Of a DNA stretch of 39,525 nt, positions 29,501 through 35,668 are shown one piece after another. The notes under the pieces are model-generated. The model did no database searches. It was not told the origin of the DNA and saw nothing but the letters and a program-made list of their open reading frames with translations. Location of the stretch: contig JAGHUU010000077.1 in assembly GCA_018064695.1 (NCBI GenBank), positions 1 through 39,525 on the forward strand, read 5' to 3'. Made by a program: the position numbers and the translations under genes. The stretch is from Candidatus Blautia equi. Lineage in GTDB: Bacteria; Bacillota; Clostridia; Lachnospirales; Lachnospiraceae. How positions within the stretch are numbered: position 1 is the stretch's first letter; every line of letters begins with the position of its first letter.

Positions 29501-29790
29501 TATCCGGCGGAGAAGCCTTCATGGTTTCCCTCTCCCTGGCACTTGGCCTTTCCGATGTTGTGCAGAATCATGCAGGCGGCGTGCAGCTGGATTCCCTTTT
29601 CATCGATGAGGGCTTCGGCTCCCTTGATGAGGGAGTTCTGGATAAAGCCATGGATATCCTGAAAGACCTGACCGCAGGACATCGCCTGGTAGGCATCATC
29701 TCCCACGTGGCCAAGCTGGAGGAGAGCATCCCGCAGCAGATCCGCGTTAAGAGCAGCAAACACGGAAGCTCTGTGGAGATTCAGAAATAA
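26587..29790 (+). CDS. sbcC: Exonuclease SbcCD subunit C (SMC-like ATPase)
   Basis: Walker A GDTGAGKTT, Q-loop LAQGEF, zinc hook CPVC, signature LSGGE, Walker B FIDEGFGSLD and IISH. Confidence 0.95.
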   Translation: MKPIRLEMTAFGSYAETTVIDFDAFSSGLYLITGDTGAGKTTIFDAIMIALFGEASGKPESGKNNDAKPRSFEKLHSDYVDQSVSSKVVLEFLQNGKVYKVSRELGYRKARGGGYGSVKTESHLWEPEKDPLEGDGKVTARITEIIGMDGEKFRKIIMLAQGEFKKFLQASPEDKGKILGDLFDSSAYAYYQNLLNGAREKLEEIRGGYVRSIESAMENFIRPEGAGEEFLPGHSALLDSLISLAEEDKKVETRMEQAMNEIQETIRRLTREETSAVSNNQFLKELEDQRAHLTGLNEQQQSMQDLKEQVDVVIRAQRFVTPVETERDRCAKEKEQLVKTIDSQKTEEARQEQETAAAAARVQADDPLKKERDQLNVQIQNLENSFADYQKLAAAAKAQTETEEKLRKADKNVQDAEAFLEAQDKKILSFEQAQEQFQGIDGRVERAKTAAKEAKEAQNILTDPKTGVVAICRTIEAQEKNRDQRLAEALKLNHEMQAAFEKYRILNERYIAGQAGILAEKLGQDIADQGEACCPVCNTILKRSDALHLAKKMQETPSEDQVKAAYEVYQTCADRVTSKQAEVTEMEMSLENLKLNALNAVQKLREDCQDYATLSGREFLLELDRELKQKVEAAALYHEELLKQKEKAEKLQEELKDTRTIRTRADQALGKWREEYNRQKEYLARVKAAIETNRDNLPYENEEKARAVQGTMIRKRNDLVRLIEEHQTLLEQKQGRLNQISGALRSNTENLPKREQALTDACRKLEKALEDHGFATVEAVHAVLLPAEEESGNVEIWIRRKEKILNDYDADCKNTRSRVNELEEKTANLKYVDVELLKEQITAAEAERKAVDKEQKDFHAKAENHKQTLKRVSDARKELAGTDTAYRRIDRLAALAAARENTEGGKLSFERYVMGGVFREILSMANQRLDVMTGGKYELIHKQSGAHKYSQTGFGINVLDHTTGKERPSETLSGGEAFMVSLSLALGLSDVVQNHAGGVQLDSLFIDEGFGSLDEGVLDKAMDILKDLTAGHRLVGIISHVAKLEESIPQQIRVKSSKHGSSVEIQK

Positions 29791-29817
29791 AAGCGTTAAA
29801 AGGAGGTGACAGATCCC

Positions 29818-30843
29818 ATGGATCAGATCCCTGTTTTGTTCGTAAATGAAGAAAAGCTGACAAACTGCCCCAAATGCCGCATGGCACTGCAGGGGAAGAC
29901 AGAGATCAAAAACTGTCCGCACTGTCGGCTGAGCTATATGACTTTCGATTATTATCTGGAGCATCCCGATGATGTGAAGGTGCTGAATCCGGAGGATCTG
30001 GTGGCGGAATGGAGAAGAAGGATCCGCGGTCTTCAGAAAGTGAAGCACTCTGTGGTTACAGCGCCTATTGAGGATCTGGCAGACCGGCGCGCTGTGGAGA
30101 GCATGATCCGGGAGCTTGCCACATCCTTTAAGATCCCTCGCGATAATACACACAATTATAATCCGCTTAAGAATCGTGGTATGAAATATGCACCTGCGGT
30201 GAAGGCGGTGATCGCGGTGGCTTCTTCCGAGAAGAAAGATAAAAAGCCGGAGGACAAGGACTATTATTTCTTTGGAGAAAAGACTCTCCGCTCAAAGATC
30301 TGGGACCTCGGCAATGTGACAAAAAGAAAAAAAGCTGCAAAAGAAAACGAAGGCCTCTTTAAAGTGGATCTTCCTGTAAAAGACCTTGTGAACAGGCATT
30401 ACGGAAGAGCCCTGGAGGCGCTGATCGCCCATGGCTTTATGAACATCCGCACTTTCTGCATGAAGGATGTGGATGGGGATTCCCCGTATTTTGCAGGGGA
30501 GCTGGACCATATTGAGTCAAAAATTCCGGGCAGTCTGGATCAGGGTGCCTCCATTCCCTATTATGCAGTTATTGACATCTATTATCATGGTACAAAAGAA
30601 CTGGTCTACCCCTATGCCAATGATAGTGCCATCACTCAGAGAGATAAGGACGAACTGGTGAAGGAGATCAAGGATATCGGTTTTAAAACTGTCAAAGAAG
30701 TGCCGATCAAGGATATAAAGATCGGGCTGTTCGTAAAGAAAAACTCCGTGGACCGTGTCAGCTTTGATAAGCAGGATGCCTTTAAGCCAAAGACGGCTTT
30801 CCCATATAATGCGGAAGTAGTTGTCTATTATCATACAAAATAG
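29818..30843 (+). CDS. Hypothetical protein: N-terminal zinc ribbon plus two tandem PASTA-like repeats
   Basis: CPKC...CPHC, then two ~80-aa repeats each with 'GF..I/V...KD' and ending 'V.I/VYYH'. ATG 29818 follows AGGAGGTGA. Confidence 0.7.
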   Translation: MDQIPVLFVNEEKLTNCPKCRMALQGKTEIKNCPHCRLSYMTFDYYLEHPDDVKVLNPEDLVAEWRRRIRGLQKVKHSVVTAPIEDLADRRAVESMIRELATSFKIPRDNTHNYNPLKNRGMKYAPAVKAVIAVASSEKKDKKPEDKDYYFFGEKTLRSKIWDLGNVTKRKKAAKENEGLFKVDLPVKDLVNRHYGRALEALIAHGFMNIRTFCMKDVDGDSPYFAGELDHIESKIPGSLDQGASIPYYAVIDIYYHGTKELVYPYANDSAITQRDKDELVKEIKDIGFKTVKEVPIKDIKIGLFVKKNSVDRVSFDKQDAFKPKTAFPYNAEVVVYYHTK

Positions 30844-30857
30844 AGGATTTTAGATAG

Positions 30858-31790
30858 ATGAAAACGAAAAAGAGGAAAAAGAAATATACAAAAGAAAGAA
30901 GAATTCTGGAACTCAGGATCAAATTCGGCGCGAGTTTGACCCTGGCAGCAGTCCTTCTTTTTCTTGTGCTTTTCCGCGGACCCATTGGTACCCTGCTGCA
31001 TGGCACGGACACCAATGCCCCCGGCACTGTAGAACAGGGAACTGAAAAAGAAAATGTTCCGGATGGTCCTTTTGAACTGGCTCCGGATGAAGACGGGGCG
31101 AATCTGCCCCTGCCGGAATTTGCGGGAGCAAATAAAATGCGGCTGGAGGAAGAGGACATTTATTCCTTCCTGCAGGGTCCGAGAGGCTGGAACAGCAAGT
31201 CGGACTGGTCCGGAGAGTGGTGTCAGGCAAACCTGCAGGGTGGTCTCTTCAGCGTATTTGGCTGCGGTCTCTGCGACCTGGCCAGCATTTACGGTACAAT
31301 GACGCCCTATGAATGTTCCCCGATCGACATGTATTATTTTGCCAGAGAGGTCTCCGGATATTCGCCAAGCAGCGGTGCCGGTGCCATCGACTGGCCGTAT
31401 CTTGTAGAGACATTGGCTGCTGTGGGCATCACCAGCGAGGTCTATGATAAGGATGAGACCTACGAGGAATTTGCTCAGGCCATGGAGGCCGCTGTGGGCG
31501 GCATTGCCCTGGTATCCAGCTATGACGACAATTCCTACTGGCCGGATACGGAGGGCCATTATGTGAATATCTGGTGCTATAACAAAGATACCCAGATGGT
31601 TTTCCTGGGCGATTCCGGAAATCCTGCCCCCAACCGCGCATGGATTCCCCTCAGCACCGTGTACAGTGCCCTCAAAACCTCTGGTTCCCACCAGTATCTG
31701 CTCTGCTATTCCTACGATGAGGCGGCAAATACCTGGAAGCATGACGGCATAGATGCCGACTGGGCACCGCCGGATTACTACAAAAATTGA
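30858..31790 (+). CDS. Membrane-anchored C39-like (papain-fold) cysteine peptidase
   Basis: Basic N-terminus plus TM helix. GCGLC (Cys), GHYVNI (His) and FLGDS (Asp) occur in C39 order. Confidence 0.75.
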   Translation: MKTKKRKKKYTKERRILELRIKFGASLTLAAVLLFLVLFRGPIGTLLHGTDTNAPGTVEQGTEKENVPDGPFELAPDEDGANLPLPEFAGANKMRLEEEDIYSFLQGPRGWNSKSDWSGEWCQANLQGGLFSVFGCGLCDLASIYGTMTPYECSPIDMYYFAREVSGYSPSSGAGAIDWPYLVETLAAVGITSEVYDKDETYEEFAQAMEAAVGGIALVSSYDDNSYWPDTEGHYVNIWCYNKDTQMVFLGDSGNPAPNRAWIPLSTVYSALKTSGSHQYLLCYSYDEAANTWKHDGIDADWAPPDYYKN

Positions 31791-31814
31791 TTACAAAAGA
31801 AATTCTGCGAAATT

Positions 31815-31854
31815 ATTACAAAAATTTGACAAAATTAATAAGATGTGTTATGGT
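31815..31854 (+). promoter_or_regulatory. sigmaA promoter with an overlapping WalR-like box
   Basis: TTGACA(31826)-17 bp-TATGGT with extended TG. ATTACA-N5-TTGACA reads TGTCAA-N5-TGTAAT on the minus strand. Confidence 0.55.
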
Positions 31855-31928
31855 GCCTCCTGGGAGTAATAAATGGGACTGTTCCTTAAAGGAATATGCC
31901 CGAAATGAATAGGAGGATATAACCTTAT

Positions 31929-32381
31929 ATGAAATCAGTTTTAAAGAAGATCATGATGCTCTCTATGGCGGGCATTCTGGCCGCAGCACCTGCTGTCACC
32001 ATGGCTGCAGAGCTGAAGCCGGTAGTTAAAGGCATCTCTACAGAGGACATGGATAAAAGTATCGAACAATCTGCCGATGAGGAAGCGGAGGAAATGACCG
32101 CCCTCTACACCCCTGAGGAGTTCAAATGGCAGGGTGTGATCCAGCACGACGGATACAGATGGACATACTATTCCGAGCGTGTCCTGCCGGGTCCCGGCCT
32201 TCAGATCCCGGGCCGCTATACCGACGAGCTTGGCTATGTCTGTGACGAAAATGACTTCATCGTAGTTGCATCCCGCGACCTGGAACGAGGAACCGAGATC
32301 GACACTCCTTTTGGAAAAAAAGGCAAAGTCTACGACTGGTGCGCGATACACGGAACACTGGATATTTATACGAACTGGTAA
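31929..32381 (+). CDS. Secreted protein with a 3D-like (MltA-type) domain
   Basis: Signal peptide, and 'IVVASRDLERGTEIDTPFG..GKVYD.C...TLDIY' resembles 3D domains. Confidence 0.7.
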   Translation: MKSVLKKIMMLSMAGILAAAPAVTMAAELKPVVKGISTEDMDKSIEQSADEEAEEMTALYTPEEFKWQGVIQHDGYRWTYYSERVLPGPGLQIPGRYTDELGYVCDENDFIVVASRDLERGTEIDTPFGKKGKVYDWCAIHGTLDIYTNW

Positions 32382-32416
32382 AAAGAAGAACCCAATAAAA
32401 TCGTCATTTTCGCTAG

Positions 32417-32458
32417 AAGCCAACTAGATGATGTATGTCACCTGGTTGGCTTATTTTT
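32417..32458 (+). terminator. Intrinsic terminator after the 3D-domain gene
   Basis: AAGCCAACTAG...CTGGTTGGCTT followed by ATTTTT. Confidence 0.6.
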
Positions 32459-32494
32459 GCATTGACAATAATGCAATGCGGTAGGAGGTGCCCA

Positions 32495-32749
32495 ATGGAA
32501 AGAATAATAGTCGAAATACAGAATAATGAAACAGAGGCTCAGCGTCTGGGCAGAATGATTAAATATTTGAGATTATTAACTGGGATGAAAAGAGAGGATT
32601 TTGCAAATTATCTGCACATTCCCCTTAACACGGTTCGTGATTGGGAGCAGGGAAAGCGCAAGATGCCGGAGTATGTGTATGAACTGATTGAGTATAAGGT
32701 ATCGCGGGAACTGATTTCAGAAGATGGGGACGAAGAGAATGGAAAATGA
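32495..32749 (+). CDS. Small XRE-family HTH protein
   Basis: LRLLTGMKREDFANYLHIPLNTVRDWEQGKRKMP. GGAGGTG RBS before ATG 32495. A 7-bp inverted repeat TTGCATT-N6-AATGCAA lies upstream at 32457-32476. Confidence 0.88.
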   Translation: MERIIVEIQNNETEAQRLGRMIKYLRLLTGMKREDFANYLHIPLNTVRDWEQGKRKMPEYVYELIEYKVSRELISEDGDEENGK

Positions 32750-32837
32750 ACTGGTTACAAATTGTAACCAGTTGAAATTGAAATCTGCGGATGGAAAGAG
32801 AAGACTCACTGATGTTGCAACGGCAGAAGAATTACTC
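32739..32837 (+). pseudogene. Bro-N domain protein fragment
   Basis: NELVTNCNQLKLKSADGKRRLTDVATAEELL matches the core of Firmicute/Bacteroidete Bro-N proteins. The expected continuation (IQSIPSPKAEPF) is absent. Confidence 0.7.
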
Positions 32838-33071
32838 ATTTTGCCTTTTCGACAAAACAAAACACTTTTTCTTCTTCTTTACGTTTTTATGGAGCAACAA
32901 AAGAAAAGCAATTATTCGATGATATTGAAAACTATACGACTAATCGATTTTTAATAGTCCTCATATTCCATAGATACTATTGTATATGGATATGAATAAG
33001 GACTCATACTATCGTAGTGATCATTTTGTTTATAATAAACCCTTATACTTTCTTTCTCGGAGCATGATTAT

Positions 33072-33155
33072 CTCAGTATCAGACGTTTCAGATGTATGAA
33101 GTGCAAGAAGTATCATACAGAGTTTCCAGATGAAGTGTACCCCACTTATCTTTGA
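33072..33155 (+). pseudogene. DUF6431-like zinc-ribbon fragment
   Basis: Translates LSIRRFRCMKCKKYHTEFPDEVYP, matching the IRRxxCxxCxxxHxELPD motif. Flanked by stops, with no start codon upstream of the motif. Confidence 0.55.
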
Positions 33156-33276
33156 TTATCCACTAAGTGTTGTGAAATACATCTGATTCTTAATATGCGA
33201 TTATCAGTTCTTACAAGTCAACAGCGACCGCAAATATATTTCTACGTCTATCTATAACGCTCCGATTTATCGGAAC

Positions 33277-33321
33277 AAAAAAGTAGGATATCAACTCGTC
33301 ATGAGTCAATATCCTACTTTT
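33277..33321 (-). terminator. Intrinsic (bidirectional-type) terminator downstream of the 33379..34884 gene
   Basis: AAAAGTAGGATAT...ATATCCTACTTTT inverted repeat. Confidence 0.75.
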
Positions 33322-33378
33322 ATATGTGGTTCATTTACATTTCAATCGCCATCTTTTTCATGTCGAATAATCGTTATA

Positions 33379-34884
33379 TCACTTGATCGTAAACTTCTTC
33401 TCTACTAATGTATATGATTTTAATCCAACAGTACATTTTACTCTATAATAGTAAGTTCCACGTGGCAGTTTATTAAACTCTACATACGGATCTAAACGTT
33501 TAAGATCATAAGATTTTACTGCAGTATTGACAGTTTTACCTGTTTTTCTAATGCCCCAGGTATCGTATACTCCAGCAGTCACAGAACTAATTGTATTAGA
33601 ACATGTAATCGTACCCTTTACCGAAAAACATTTTTTGTAACCCAGAGTAGCAGGTGGATAAGAGTAATTTGTGATTTTGGGCGTTGTATTATTTTTCACA
33701 GTAAATGGAGTGTTGAGTACTGTAACATCCCCTTTAAAAGTTTTGACAATGATACGATAATAGTAATCACCAGCAGCTAAATTATTAAATACTACGGCAT
33801 TGTCAGCTGTCTTGAGGTTAAATGATGTTGTACATGTGCTTCCTGTATATCCGGTAACTTTTGAGTTAGACCCTTTTTTCACTACCCATACTCGAATATT
33901 AGACATCGGTGTATTACAGGAAATAGTCCCTCCAATACTATATGTTGCGCCTTTACTTAATGAGGATGGATAATTTGCTCCGGAGAGAGTTACCCTTGCC
34001 GCATTAGCAGATGCATTAGTTGACCATGAGGTGATATTATTAATAGCCGTACTGGTGTAGAGAGCAGACAGACCGCTTTTAGCGAGCTGGCGATCTACTA
34101 CATAATAACCAACATTTCTTCCAGTATTAATGGTTCTAAAATTCTGTGAAGAATAGTTTGTCCAGACATTGTAGTTGATACCGGCTACAGCCTTCATGAA
34201 AGAATTAAATTCATTAGAAGAAGTATTGCCTGTTCCAATCACCTGACAGCCTTCGGACCACGCACCTTTAATAGAACCGGCATTGTTAGTGGATCTTGTG
34301 TGCACATTGATTCCACTGCAATAGTTGTATTTTCCATTTTTATTATTTGAAGGCGTATAATAGGACCAACTTGTCTTAATGTTAAGAGCTCCATAAGGGC
34401 CAGTATGATTGGTTGTCTGAATCTCGTAAATTCCATCTGTAATAGTAGTAGCACCATTATATGCTCCACCAGTGGTCGCAGTTGGATGGCTAGGAATGGA
34501 TGTTGCATTTTCCGACACAAAAGCAATATACGCATTTCCTGCTCCGTTTTTCTTCACAACAAATACTGCTGCTTGATTTCTGATATTACTATTTGAATCA
34601 GAGTAACTATATGATGGATAGTTGTCACTTCCACCTTCAAAACAGAATACTACGGATTTACCGTTGTCCAGAGTCTTTTTAAGTTCACTGTTATTGTTGA
34701 TGTAGTATTTCATCATGTTATTCATATAATCTCTGTGGCTACTATTAGAAATATAACTGCCGCAATTCAGAGAATTAACATTTACTGCCGCTTCAACTTT
34801 ACTCTGAATAAATAATACAGAGAAGCTCATAAAACATATCATCAGAAACATCATAGTATTATTTTTAATCATTTTTATATTCAT
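33379..34884 (-). CDS. Secreted protein with putative YkuD/L,D-transpeptidase-like catalytic domain and two tandem Ig-like repeats
   Basis: Signal peptide ending VEA-A. GINVH-X14-SEGCQV. Two ~100-aa repeats (NY..P...G....I.GTI.C...FN.L..G.YYYR). ATG 34884 is best spaced from AAAGGAG. Confidence 0.75.
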   Translation of the reverse strand: MNIKMIKNNTMMFLMICFMSFSVLFIQSKVEAAVNVNSLNCGSYISNSSHRDYMNNMMKYYINNNSELKKTLDNGKSVVFCFEGGSDNYPSYSYSDSNSNIRNQAAVFVVKKNGAGNAYIAFVSENATSIPSHPTATTGGAYNGATTITDGIYEIQTTNHTGPYGALNIKTSWSYYTPSNNKNGKYNYCSGINVHTRSTNNAGSIKGAWSEGCQVIGTGNTSSNEFNSFMKAVAGINYNVWTNYSSQNFRTINTGRNVGYYVVDRQLAKSGLSALYTSTAINNITSWSTNASANAARVTLSGANYPSSLSKGATYSIGGTISCNTPMSNIRVWVVKKGSNSKVTGYTGSTCTTSFNLKTADNAVVFNNLAAGDYYYRIIVKTFKGDVTVLNTPFTVKNNTTPKITNYSYPPATLGYKKCFSVKGTITCSNTISSVTAGVYDTWGIRKTGKTVNTAVKSYDLKRLDPYVEFNKLPRGTYYYRVKCTVGLKSYTLVEKKFTIK

Positions 34885-34993
34885 AATCAATTCTCCTTTT
34901 AGTTCGAAATATTATTTGCATTTCATGTTGTACTCAGTCCCATACTCTCATCATATATAGACACTAAATACTGGAAACTGCCATACCAGATGA

Positions 34994-35410
34994 TCAGTTA
35001 TATCTGAAGTAATATCCACCACCAATGCCATCAATTTTTGTGATGTTTCCAAATCTGGTTCCACCATTATATGTATGCATTTTTGCTCTTACTACTCTTC
35101 CTCCATATGACAGTTCAATTGTAGCTCCATCTTTAATTGCTCCAGGAATATTATAAGTTATCTCATCGCCAAAGCCTGCTGAGATATATGGGAAATCAAA
35201 ACGGCAATGTAATTTGATTACACCGAATTTGTCATCCCAACGCTTAGAAATCATGGTTGCTCCATTGTTATTACCTCCATTTACTTTGGCATAATTGCTG
35301 CTTAATCTTACGTTGAACGTATTTGTAGCTCCGGAAGAAGCATTTACTGGCATCGTGAATATCACAACCATAAGAATCATGATAATAAATTTTTTTAATG
35401 TTTTTTTCAT
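34994..35410 (-). CDS. Small secreted hypothetical protein (beta-rich)
   Basis: MKKTLKK signal peptide ending VNA-S. AAAGGAG RBS. Confidence 0.8.
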   Translation of the reverse strand: MKKTLKKFIIMILMVVIFTMPVNASSGATNTFNVRLSSNYAKVNGGNNNGATMISKRWDDKFGVIKLHCRFDFPYISAGFGDEITYNIPGAIKDGATIELSYGGRVVRAKMHTYNGGTRFGNITKIDGIGGGYYFRYN

Positions 35411-35496
35411 AGCTGGTCTCCTTTACATTATGGGTTCTTTACAAGCAGCGCGCTTCTGTGATGATTAAAGAATATCATACATCCAAAATCATAGTA

Positions 35497-35584
35497 ATGA
35501 AGTGAGCATGAAGTAGTTATGAAGTAATATGGAACTAATAATTGGATAATAATTTTATAAGTATTGAAATAACAGCATTTCAAT
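35497..35584. promoter_or_regulatory. Candidate operator array in the divergent intergenic region
   Basis: ATGAAGT at 35497, 35508 and 35519 (exact 11-bp period), plus a perfect 8-bp inverted repeat ATTGAAAT-N6-ATTTCAAT at 35563-35584. Confidence 0.55.
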
Positions 35585-35668
35585 GATATGTGACTTGCTA
35601 TTGAAGTGAGACATAGAACAGAAGTATAATAATGCAGTGTGAGGACACCATGAGGAGGCGGAAAAATT

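Noticed and set aside
25342-29790. SMC-like ATPase plus nuclease as a Wadjet/Lamassu-type defence system
   Set aside because: Motifs, zinc hook and gene order fit canonical SbcDC. Codon usage is host-like and no effector genes are present.
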